Origin: an uncultured Clostridia bacterium
Lineage (GTDB): Bacteria; Bacillota; Clostridia; Christensenellales; UBA1242
DNA: 64,000 nucleotides
Assembly: GCA_944383315.1 (NCBI GenBank)
Contig: CALWPB010000003.1
Span: forward strand, 294-64,293
Direction: 5' to 3'
The notes below the pieces were generated by a model that was not told the origin of the DNA, made no database searches, and saw only the letters and a program-made list of their open reading frames with translations. Numbering within the stretch: the stretch's first letter is position 1; each line of letters opens with the position of its first letter. Made by a program: the position numbers and the translations under genes. Below, in pieces: positions 47,874-58,885 of this stretch.

Positions 47874-48032
47874 ATTTTATTTTAAGCAATTAGTCTAACT
47901 ATATAATAAGATCTTAGTTAGTGAATTTAAAATAAAAATATTTTCTGCACTATATCGGTTAATTTTTTAGAATTGTCATAAAATGCGATTTTGTCTAATA
48001 TATTGGTATTAATAAATTTCAGGAGGACAAAA

Positions 48033-49565
48033 ATGGCATTTGAACCTAAAAGTGCAGATTTTGAGGTTAAACGCGCTAAACCTTTGAGCAAGGATACAAT
48101 TCCAGTTGTAACAACTATCGCTAATAATGATGGGGCAATCTCTCGCGTGATTTCTATGAATGTAACTCCGTGTATTGAGCAAGTTGTGGCTAGTACGGGT
48201 AGTGCGCAGATAGACGGTAAAATCAATATAAAGATTTTGGTTGAAAAAGTGGAAGGTGGTTATGATTGCATTGAGGGCACCACCAATTTTACAGCGCACG
48301 TAATGAATAATGAAATTAATCAGGATAGCGAAATTTTTGCAACTGCGCACAATTTGGGAGTATCTAACATACAGGCATCAGAGCAGGCTGTTACTTTTAC
48401 GGCAAATGTTTTGGTAAAATCGGTTATTCTTTTTGATGAAAAAGTGAAATATTTAGAAGATATTCCAACAGCCGAGCAGAAAAAAGACACAATAAATTAT
48501 ACAAGCATTATTGCCGCAACAAACCAAGAATTTGAACTCGAAATTGAGTCTGATTTGCCACAGTCTGTTAGTAAAATTTTGTGCGTAGATAGTAAAGTTG
48601 TACTAAATAAAGCCGATGCGGGAAATGATGTAGTGTCATTATCGGGTGAAGTGTATACAAATATTTTGTATCTCACTGCAGATGAACAGCCTAAATTAAG
48701 GAATCAGCGCCTTACTCAAAATTTTACTCACGAGTTGTTAGCAAATAATGTTGTTAATACAGATATTATCACCGCAACAGTGCAAAATTGCGCTACAAAT
48801 TATGAATTGCAAGGAGAATTAAATAGCGCAAAAAGTACTATAATTTTAAAAGATATTGTAAAAACTAATATTTTTGTCCGTCAAAACAAATCTATTGATG
48901 TAGTCGCTGATGCCTTTTGCCCTAAATACTTTTTAAATAATGAGGTTGCTTCGTTTACTTCTCAAAATGTCGCAAATACAGATTTAAGTTTTGAAAAAAT
49001 AGACGGTAGTATCATTTTAGGGGAAGATTCGCCTCGTATTGACCGTGTGCTTGCGGTATGTGCAGGGAATGTAATTATAAAGGATACTGAAATAGTTGAT
49101 AATGAGTTGAATGTGTCGGGCATCTTAAATTGCAATATAGTGTATATTCTTGATGATGAAGAAGGTACTACGCAGTCTGTTTTTGCTGAAATTCCTTTCG
49201 AGTTGAATATCAAAAAAGATGGCTTTTATGATAATGGTTTAATGAAGTTAAGTATTGTTCCAAAAGATATTGAAGCCCGTAACAAAAAGTCAAAGGAAAT
49301 TGATGTCATTGCAGAACTTGCTGTTGAAATTACAGCACTTGAAAACAAAACTGCCGCAATTCTTCAAAGTGTAGTGCTAGGCGAAAAGCGCCCTGAAAAT
49401 CAAAATTCAATTGGACTATATATTATACCCCAAGCCCAAGATTTATGGGAAGTGTCAAAAGCGTTGAATGTGTCGGGAAGTATTATTTCAGCGCAGAATC
49501 CAGACTTACAATTTCCAATTACTAGCCCTCAACGTGTAGTTGTTTATAGAGAAAGAAAACTATAA
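48033..49565 (+). CDS. DUF3794/SPOCS-like repeat protein (sporulation-associated by context)
   Basis: AGGAGG SD. Repeated pattern ...G.I.IKILV..., ...GEVYTNILYL... and ...GILNCNIVYILDD...IPFEL.... Family assignment is from memory. Confidence 0.5.
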   Translation: MAFEPKSADFEVKRAKPLSKDTIPVVTTIANNDGAISRVISMNVTPCIEQVVASTGSAQIDGKINIKILVEKVEGGYDCIEGTTNFTAHVMNNEINQDSEIFATAHNLGVSNIQASEQAVTFTANVLVKSVILFDEKVKYLEDIPTAEQKKDTINYTSIIAATNQEFELEIESDLPQSVSKILCVDSKVVLNKADAGNDVVSLSGEVYTNILYLTADEQPKLRNQRLTQNFTHELLANNVVNTDIITATVQNCATNYELQGELNSAKSTIILKDIVKTNIFVRQNKSIDVVADAFCPKYFLNNEVASFTSQNVANTDLSFEKIDGSIILGEDSPRIDRVLAVCAGNVIIKDTEIVDNELNVSGILNCNIVYILDDEEGTTQSVFAEIPFELNIKKDGFYDNGLMKLSIVPKDIEARNKKSKEIDVIAELAVEITALENKTAAILQSVVLGEKRPENQNSIGLYIIPQAQDLWEVSKALNVSGSIISAQNPDLQFPITSPQRVVVYRERKL

Positions 49566-49623
49566 TTCAAATTGTATTTTATAAAAAACGCACTTAATAA
49601 GTGTGTTTTTTATTATATTTATA

Positions 49624-49635
49624 GTACTATGCAAT
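49624..49635. repeat. Half-copy of the palindromic repeat (GTACTATGCAAT)
   Basis: Exact 12-mer. The partner arm is degenerate. Confidence 0.5.
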
Positions 49636-49705
49636 ATACTTTTTAACAAATAAATGTTTAATTATAATAAATTGGTCAATATTTTATATCAAGTGGGGTG
49701 TTATT

Positions 49706-50251
49706 ATGGTTAAACAAGTTGGAATATTTATAGCAATACTTTTGGTAATTGTCGGGGGTATATTTGGTTTATGTGGAGCGCAATCAACAAGTTTGAGTGC
49801 CGACCAGTTTTTAAGAATACATATTAGAGCAAATAGTAATGATATTGAAGACCAAACAGTAAAGTATCAGGTAAAAGATGCTATAGTAAATTATTTAACC
49901 CCTATACTTGCAGATGCGCATACAAAACAGCAAGCGATGTCATTAATTTCTCAAAATCTTAATGCTTTAAGTGAAGTTGCACGTTTAACTTTGAGCAAAG
50001 TGGGGTATACTTATGGTGCAAATGCAATTTTAAGGAGCGAATGTTTCCCTACGCGTTGTTATGATGATGTTGTGTTGGAGAGTGGGGAATATGACAGTTT
50101 GATTATTGAACTCGGCAGCGCAGAGGGGGATAATTGGTGGTGTGTGGTTTACCCGCCATTGTGTTTTGTAGGTGCTGAGAATAATGATACGCAAAATATT
50201 GTTTATCGCTCAAAATTAGTTGAAATAATTAAATCATTTTTTGGAGGTTGA
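49706..50251 (+). CDS. spoIIR: Stage II sporulation protein R
   Basis: LRIHIRANSNDIEDQ and GDNWWCVVYPPLCF motifs. Confidence 0.9.
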   Translation: MVKQVGIFIAILLVIVGGIFGLCGAQSTSLSADQFLRIHIRANSNDIEDQTVKYQVKDAIVNYLTPILADAHTKQQAMSLISQNLNALSEVARLTLSKVGYTYGANAILRSECFPTRCYDDVVLESGEYDSLIIELGSAEGDNWWCVVYPPLCFVGAENNDTQNIVYRSKLVEIIKSFFGG

Positions 50252-50254
50252 TTG

Positions 50255-50926
50255 ATGAATACTAAATTACTCAAAGCATTGGGCTTGTCTATGTGTTTGC
50301 TAGCAATCGTCGGTGTTGGTGTTATAGGATTATTTAATCCATATACTTATAATACCGAAGTTGCTATTGAAACAGGGCTGACAACAAATCAAATAAAGAC
50401 AGTACAGCAGAAATTAAAAAATTGGGGTTATTATAGCGGCAATGTTGATGGTATCTATGGTTCACAAACTAGAAATGCTGTTATAAAGTTCCAGAAAAAT
50501 AACGGACTTTCTGCTGACGGAATTGTGGGTAGCCAGACTGCTGCGGCTCTCGGTATGAATCTAAGTTCACAAAGTAGCAATGACCTTTACTTGCTTGCTA
50601 AATGTATTCACGCAGAAGCAAGAGGTGAGCCTTATGTTGGTCAAGTCGCTATTGGTGCTGTAATTCTTAACAGGGTTGCTAGTAGTAAATTTCCAAACAC
50701 GATTTATGGTGTGATTTACCAACCTTATGCGTTTACCTGTGTAAATGACGGTCAAATTAATCTTGAGCCAAATCAAACAGCATACAATGCTGCACGTGAT
50801 GCGCTAAACGGCTGGGACCCAACTTACGGCGCGATATATTATTACAACCCTGATACAGCAACAAGTAGTTGGATATGGTCGCGTACGATTGTAACGACAA
50901 TCGGGAAACATAATTTCGCAATATAA
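50255..50926 (+). CDS. sleB: Spore cortex-lytic enzyme SleB (PG-binding plus hydrolase-2 domains)
   Basis: GIYGSQTRNAVIKFQKNNGLSADGIVG and CIHAEARGEPYVGQVAIGAVILNR. Confidence 0.88.
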   Translation: MNTKLLKALGLSMCLLAIVGVGVIGLFNPYTYNTEVAIETGLTTNQIKTVQQKLKNWGYYSGNVDGIYGSQTRNAVIKFQKNNGLSADGIVGSQTAAALGMNLSSQSSNDLYLLAKCIHAEARGEPYVGQVAIGAVILNRVASSKFPNTIYGVIYQPYAFTCVNDGQINLEPNQTAYNAARDALNGWDPTYGAIYYYNPDTATSSWIWSRTIVTTIGKHNFAI

Positions 50927-50938
50927 GGAGAGTGTAAT

Positions 50939-52267
50939 ATGAAAAAGGGAGCAATAGTTGCGATTGTGTTGAGTTGCGTAATAGGTGCAGGAGCATTGAC
51001 TTATGCTGGGGTAAGTTGGGCAACAACGGCAAATAATATGGGGTTATACAAAACTCAACTTGAATACGTATATCAACGAAATTTATACGAATTGACAGAT
51101 AATATTAATAATATTGAGTCAAATTTGAGTAAATTGAAAGTTTCTACAGATAAACAAGTACAGGAAAAATATTTAGCAAATATTGTTGCACTTGCTAACA
51201 CTGCACAAGATAATATTGCAACATTACCTATTGAACATAATGCTATAAATGATACGACTACATTTGTAAATCAGTTGAGTGGTTTTTGCTTGGTTTTGCA
51301 ACAAGGGTTGGTTGATGGCGAAAGTATTAGTATGGATGATATGGACCAAATCGCAAGTTTGCACGAGTCAAGCCAAAATATAAAATATGAATTAAATAGG
51401 CTTGCGGTGTTAGTGTCAACCGACTATTCAATAGTTGATCACGTAAAAAATCCTAACATTGATTCCAGCGATTTCAACAACCAGTTTAACGGATTAAACA
51501 ATGATATTGTAGAGTATCCGCAACTTATTTATGATGGACCTTTTAGTGATTCAGTAACAAATAAGGAAATAAAAGGTTTGTCTGAAAATGAAATTAATGC
51601 CGAAGAAGCACTTAATCGCATGAAAGAGTGGTTTGCTGATTATGATATTGAAGCAGCAGGTGAAACAAACGGAGATTTTGCAACTTTTAATTTCAATTTG
51701 ACAAAGGGTGAGCAATCATACTATGCGCAAGTTACAAAACGCGATGGAATTTTGTTGCAGTTTAATGGTGGATACGAAGTGGGCTCAAGCCAAAAAACAG
51801 AGGATGAATGTCGTACTATAGCCGAAACTTTTGCAAAAAATCTTGATTTTAGTGATATGAAAGCGGTTTGGAGTACGGTAAGTAACGGCTTTGCTTATGT
51901 AAACTTGTGTAATATTCAAAATGACGTAATAATTTATCCTGATATGATAAAGGTAAAAGTTGCAACTGATAGCGGTGAAGTCGTTGGTTGGGAAGCGCGT
52001 AGTTGGGCATACAACCATACAGAACGCACTAATTTAAGCCCAATTATTAACGAAGTTCAGGCACGTCAAGCGCTTACTATGGATGTTGATGTGCGTACTT
52101 GTAAACTAGCACTTGTACCAAATGACTATGTCGGTGAAACTCTAACTTATGAATTTATGTGTATAAGTGATGGGGCAACTTACTATATTTACGTAAACGC
52201 AGCGACAGGTGAGCAATTTAATATTCAAAAAGTTGTCGAAACAGATGATGGAAACTTGTTAATGTAA
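50939..52267 (+). CDS. ypeB: Germination protein YpeB
   Basis: Adjacent to sleB. N-terminal TM segment, then YQRNLYELTDNINNIESNLSK... and C-terminal PepSY-like region. Confidence 0.8.
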   Translation: MKKGAIVAIVLSCVIGAGALTYAGVSWATTANNMGLYKTQLEYVYQRNLYELTDNINNIESNLSKLKVSTDKQVQEKYLANIVALANTAQDNIATLPIEHNAINDTTTFVNQLSGFCLVLQQGLVDGESISMDDMDQIASLHESSQNIKYELNRLAVLVSTDYSIVDHVKNPNIDSSDFNNQFNGLNNDIVEYPQLIYDGPFSDSVTNKEIKGLSENEINAEEALNRMKEWFADYDIEAAGETNGDFATFNFNLTKGEQSYYAQVTKRDGILLQFNGGYEVGSSQKTEDECRTIAETFAKNLDFSDMKAVWSTVSNGFAYVNLCNIQNDVIIYPDMIKVKVATDSGEVVGWEARSWAYNHTERTNLSPIINEVQARQALTMDVDVRTCKLALVPNDYVGETLTYEFMCISDGATYYIYVNAATGEQFNIQKVVETDDGNLLM

Positions 52268-52324
52268 TTTTATTTGTATAAATCAAAAAAACGCACAAAA
52301 AACGCGTTTTTTTACATAAAATAA

Positions 52325-52357
52325 GGTACTATGCAATAATTTTTATTGCATAGTACT
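52325..52357. repeat. Palindromic intergenic repeat (GTACTATGCAAT-N7-ATTGCATAGTAC)
   Basis: Perfect arms at 52326-52337 and 52345-52356. The stem can extend to 14 bp. Confidence 0.85.
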
Positions 52358-52404
52358 TAATTTTGCGAATAATTATTGCCTTAAATATTAAAACTATTTT
52401 AGTT

Positions 52405-53289
52405 TTAAAAGTCTGTTATGTCGCGCGTACTGGTCTCTTGCATTTTTGTAATAGAGTTATGTATGTGCATTTCTTCTAATTTGTAGCGTAAACTTACAGT
52501 TTCAAGTTCGCTAATTCCTTGTGTGATGGACTGTATATCATCAAGATTTATAATATATTTGTCATCAATTTTGATTAGATATTTGTTTAGAAAAACTCCA
52601 AGCAAACCGCGACTATCAGCGCAATTTTTGTAAACAGGACTGGTATTCATTAGAGTAAAAGTATCAAAAATTTTCATATAGTCAGGCTGTCCACTTCTTG
52701 TGTAGTCTTGTTTAAGAATATCATATAATCTATTTCTTAAATCTTTTAAAACTTCTTCTCGCGCTTGTTTTGTAGCCAATTCTTGCAAATGCTGTTTTGT
52801 GTATTTGTTTTCTTTACTTTTTGCTCGAATGTTGTTGACTTTAATTAATTCGTTTAAAATTTGATTTGTTTTGCGAGTTTGCATTTCGTTCATCTTTTCG
52901 CGCAAACTTTGTTCATTATCTATAGTGTACATTTTGTTGTTTAGCAAAGTCTTAATTTTGGTTTGGTCGTTATTAAATACAAAAGGAATATATGTAGCAT
53001 TTCCCGTTTTTTCATCATAAATAGCAAGCCAGTAGAGAAGGGCAATGTTGAGTAACCCTAGTCTCGAATCTCGTTTGGGGTTTATCCCTGTTTTTATTCG
53101 GGTTTGCTTGAAATGTTCAAGATACTCATTGTAAAATTCGCCGTTTATATTATTCTGCATTTCCATATAATCAATTTGATTTTTGTCATATGCCTTTTTC
53201 CAAAATTCTATTGAATAGTTGAGATTGTCATTTTTGCCACAAATATTACGAATCATATTTTGAAAATTTTGGCTGCCATTAAAATTCAT
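52405..53289 (-). CDS. Hypothetical protein (orphan, AT-rich, predicted helical)
   Basis: ORF track, 294 aa. No motif recognised. Confidence 0.5.
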   Translation of the reverse strand: MNFNGSQNFQNMIRNICGKNDNLNYSIEFWKKAYDKNQIDYMEMQNNINGEFYNEYLEHFKQTRIKTGINPKRDSRLGLLNIALLYWLAIYDEKTGNATYIPFVFNNDQTKIKTLLNNKMYTIDNEQSLREKMNEMQTRKTNQILNELIKVNNIRAKSKENKYTKQHLQELATKQAREEVLKDLRNRLYDILKQDYTRSGQPDYMKIFDTFTLMNTSPVYKNCADSRGLLGVFLNKYLIKIDDKYIINLDDIQSITQGISELETVSLRYKLEEMHIHNSITKMQETSTRDITDF

Positions 53290-53306
53290 AATTACCCCTA
53301 ATACTT

Positions 53307-54389
<1,083 letters not shown>

Positions 54390-54574
54390 CTATTTCCTTT
54401 CATAATTTTAACAAAGCTAATTTCAAACATTATATAATATTTAAGAATGTTTTGTCAATGCGTAGGTAAAAGAACGGACTAAATTTAATAACAATTATGC
54501 AGGGGATAAAAAAATAAAGCATTGCAATTTTTTATTACAATGCTTTTAAATATAATGAACAAATGTAAAACTCT

Positions 54575-55054
54575 TTATTTAGTTTTTAGTACAACAGGGA
54601 CTTTAAATCTTTTGAATGCGATTTTAAAAATGTCTGCTATCCAGTATATAAACACCAAAGCACCCATTATCGCTACAAATACCGAAAGCATTTGCATACC
54701 ATAACTATCATACGATGGATATCCGTTTTGTGGGCCGAGTACAAAATATGATACAGCATAGAATAGTATAAACAAAGACCAACAAACTGCAAATATTATA
54801 CCAGGTACTGGACGTTTTACATAAAAATAATGCGCGCCAAAAAGTCCTAAAAATATGCAGAATAGGAGTGTCTTTGTATGATTTAAATCATTAGGCCAGC
54901 AGGTAGTATATACCACTTTTTCAGGTTCAAATTCGGCTCGCGCTTGCTTTACTGCTTTATGGCTTGCTTCTTGAATTTGAGATAATTTTGTGCCACATTT
55001 AAAGCAAACATTCGAGCCTCTGTTCATTCGAGCTCCGCAATTTGGACAGCGCAT
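54575..55054 (-). CDS. Zinc-ribbon plus TM2 domain membrane protein
   Basis: CPNCG...CFKCG and GLFGAHYFY. Confidence 0.8.
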   Translation of the reverse strand: MRCPNCGARMNRGSNVCFKCGTKLSQIQEASHKAVKQARAEFEPEKVVYTTCWPNDLNHTKTLLFCIFLGLFGAHYFYVKRPVPGIIFAVCWSLFILFYAVSYFVLGPQNGYPSYDSYGMQMLSVFVAIMGALVFIYWIADIFKIAFKRFKVPVVLKTK

Positions 55055-55063
55055 CTTTTCTCC

Positions 55064-56089
<1,026 letters not shown>

Positions 56090-56094
56090 TTAAA

Positions 56095-57462
56095 TTACTT
56101 TTTTGTTTTTGCTCCGCGTGTGCTCTTTATTTTTGAAATTTGCGGCTTCTTTGCTCCTGATTTAACAGACTTTGCTGTGGTTGTTTTCTTTGGTGCAGCC
56201 TTTTTAGTCGTAGTTTTTGCTTTTTTGGTAGTTGCTTCTTCTTTTTGTGGCTCAGTAGCTTCGCTTTTATTCTCAAAATTTTCTGTTACGGCTTTTTGTG
56301 CATCTTCGTCTTTTCCGTTTTCGTTTAAATCTTGATTTTGCGCAGTGTTTTCTTGTTCAATAGGGGCTTCTGTTTCTAAAATTTCTTCTGCCTTAATAGC
56401 GGCATCTGCTGTTTTAGATTTCGATTTGCTGCCTTTTTTGCTCTTTTTAATGTTAGTGGCTTCCATTTCTTTTAGTTCGTCTATTTCATTTTGGATGTCT
56501 TCGACTTTCGCTGATTCTTCATCATTAAGAATAGGGGTGTCTTCTGTTGTTTCAGGCTCGATTTCGGTTTCAGTTTCGGGCTCTTCTACTATGTCGTTTG
56601 AAATAATTTCTTCTATGTTAATAACGGGTTCATTCGCTAGATTAATAGCAACGGGGAAGCCCAACCGATTGTTATAGATAAATTTTGCCACCACGACAGA
56701 ACCAACAATGCCCAAGATTATCCATACAACTAGGGCAATAAGTATCCAAATTGTGTAAACTCCCGAATTGAAAATAGGGAAGATAATAGCCATAACGAGT
56801 AACGCAATTATGTAAAATAACGACACAACCCCAAGAGCAAGGAAAGAATTATTTGATACTTTTTGCTCTGTAGTTGGGTTGTCATAAATTTTAGGCTCAG
56901 TAAGTACACGTACATTGCGCTCTGGGTCAGGGTTGACAAGGCGTAGCGCTTTGCTGAGTACAGGGTTTAGAATAATTGTGTTTACCGAACGATTGTTTAA
57001 TAGAATTACACGCGCATCACAACACATATCGCGTCCGCGCCCAAGCAGTTTGAGCCCCATTTGGTAAGTCGCGTGTCCTAGTCCTATAAACATAGACTTA
57101 AACCAATTTTCTTGTTGCTTAACAAATACAAGGTCAGCGCCGTCAAAGTGCTTTATTAACATTTTTTTGATTAAATCAATGTTTGTGTCCATAGTGATGA
57201 GTAGGCAATCACCGTTTTGAGTCTGGTCAAGTGCAGTGTATATTTGCGTGTTAATATTTGTTGAAGCCGCCGTAACTACAAGTTTGCGGTGGGGGTGAGT
57301 CGCTGCAATCTCACGCAATTCGTCCAAATATCCATAATCTGAATTTGCTACATATACTATCTCGTAGGGTTGCTTGAACTGTGTCATCAGGTGGGCAAAT
57401 GCCTGGTCTCGTTCTGCGGGATTGTAATTTTTGGTATCCGCAGTAACCACGAGTGAAATCAT
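56095..57462 (-). CDS. GT2-like domain membrane protein with long E/K-rich disordered tail
   Basis: The N-terminal ISLVVTAD...EIVYVANSD...ITMDTN pattern resembles a GT-A fold. Two TM segments, then a lysine-rich end. Confidence 0.4.
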   Translation of the reverse strand: MISLVVTADTKNYNPAERDQAFAHLMTQFKQPYEIVYVANSDYGYLDELREIAATHPHRKLVVTAASTNINTQIYTALDQTQNGDCLLITMDTNIDLIKKMLIKHFDGADLVFVKQQENWFKSMFIGLGHATYQMGLKLLGRGRDMCCDARVILLNNRSVNTIILNPVLSKALRLVNPDPERNVRVLTEPKIYDNPTTEQKVSNNSFLALGVVSLFYIIALLVMAIIFPIFNSGVYTIWILIALVVWIILGIVGSVVVAKFIYNNRLGFPVAINLANEPVINIEEIISNDIVEEPETETEIEPETTEDTPILNDEESAKVEDIQNEIDELKEMEATNIKKSKKGSKSKSKTADAAIKAEEILETEAPIEQENTAQNQDLNENGKDEDAQKAVTENFENKSEATEPQKEEATTKKAKTTTKKAAPKKTTTAKSVKSGAKKPQISKIKSTRGAKTKK

Positions 57463-57654
57463 ATAAATACCTCTCTGTTTTTTAACTAATAAATAGTTTA
57501 AACATATTATATTATTTTATTTGTATTTTTTCAAACGAATTTGACTAATATTTGTAATTTATTTGCTAAATTTGCAAATTTTGTCTAAAATAGAATTATA
57601 GTGCGTAGCAGCACAGGCCATTTTTTAAATAAAGAGAAATTATAGGAGCAGAAT

Positions 57655-58581
57655 ATGAGTAAAAAATTAAATGAATACGAAATGTTATTAAAGGCAAAGC
57701 ACGAGCATTATGCTGTTGGCGCATTCAATTTTAGTAGTCTTGAAATTATGAGAGCGATAGTTGACGGTGCAAGCGCTACACGTTCGCCAGTGATACTTGC
57801 TTTGAGTGAAGGGGGGCTTAGATATGCTGAACCTAGATATATCAAGTATGTAGCAGACGCAGTCGCTGATATGACGGACGTGCCGATTGTAATGCATCTT
57901 GACCACGGCAAAACCTTTGACATTGTTTGTGAAGTGGTTGATTTGGGCTTCCATTCAGTTATGATTGACGGCAGTAGTCTGCCTTATGAAGAAAATGTTG
58001 CGATTACCAAAAAGGTAGTTGATTATGCGCACAAAAAAGGTGTTGTTGTCGAAGGTGAACTCGGGGTGCTAGCAGGTGTAGAAGATGATGTAAGTAGTGA
58101 TATGCATAAATATACAGACCCAGAACAAGCCGTTGACTTTGTAAAGAAAACGGGAGTTGATAGTCTCGCTATTGCTATAGGTACGAGCCACGGCGCGTAC
58201 AAGTTTGAGGGTGAGCCAAAACTTCGCATTGATATTTTAAAATCTATTAACTCATTACTACCCGAAACACCACTCGTATTACACGGGGCAAGTAGTGTGC
58301 CACAGAAATATGTTGAAATAATTAATAATTACGGCGGTGATGTAAAAGGCGCAAGGGGAGTGCCTGAAAACTTAATCGCGGAGGCTTGCGCGAATGGTAT
58401 TAGCAAAGTAAATTGTGATACCGACTTGCGTCTTGTGTTTACCGCAACAGTGCGCAAATTTCTTGCCGAGAACCCAACAGTTTTTGACCCGCGTAAGTAT
58501 TTGCAAGCAAGTAAAGACAATATGCGCGACTTTGTAATAGATAAGATTACCAATGTTTTAAAAAGTAACAATAAAGCGTAA
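57655..58581 (+). CDS. fba: Class II fructose-bisphosphate aldolase
   Basis: HLDHG and GTSHGAYKF. Confidence 0.95.
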   Translation: MSKKLNEYEMLLKAKHEHYAVGAFNFSSLEIMRAIVDGASATRSPVILALSEGGLRYAEPRYIKYVADAVADMTDVPIVMHLDHGKTFDIVCEVVDLGFHSVMIDGSSLPYEENVAITKKVVDYAHKKGVVVEGELGVLAGVEDDVSSDMHKYTDPEQAVDFVKKTGVDSLAIAIGTSHGAYKFEGEPKLRIDILKSINSLLPETPLVLHGASSVPQKYVEIINNYGGDVKGARGVPENLIAEACANGISKVNCDTDLRLVFTATVRKFLAENPTVFDPRKYLQASKDNMRDFVIDKITNVLKSNNKA

Positions 58582-58597
58582 ATAAGGATATTTACTC

Positions 58598-58626
58598 AAA
58601 AAGTTGTATATTTATGCAACTTTTTT
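58598..58626 (+). terminator. Intrinsic terminator after fba
   Basis: AAAAAGTTG...CAACTTTTTT. Confidence 0.75.
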
Positions 58627-58637
58627 GTTTTGTAATA

Positions 58638-58885
58638 TTGACAAGATAAAAGCAGTATGTTATAATATTTATGCTTTTCAAAGCACCTGCAAAGGAGCAA
58701 TATTTATGGAAATTATGATTTTAGCGTAGTAGGTAAAAAACTTGATTAAGGCTATTTATAGCCCTTTTTGCCTACACTCTTTAATCATTTTTTTGCCACA
58801 ATTTGCTTATTATTAGCAGGTGTTTTTTTGTTGCGTTTTGGAAAGTGCAGGTTGTGTCATAAAACTAATTAAAGGAGAAAAGCAT
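58638..58885 (+). promoter_or_regulatory. Promoter plus leader-peptide attenuator of the ABC-F gene
   Basis: TTGACA (58638-58643), 17-nt spacer, TATAAT (58661-58666). AAGGAG SD, then the 7-codon ORF MEIMILA-stop (58706-58729). CACCTGC (58684-58690) can pair with either GCAGGTG-T7 (58816-58829) or TGCAGGT (58846-58852). Confidence 0.6.

Noticed and set aside
49640-49705. A sigma-F-type promoter upstream of spoIIR (GTTTA ... GGTCAATATT)
   Set aside because: It only partly matches my recollection of the consensus. The support is too weak without a position weight matrix.
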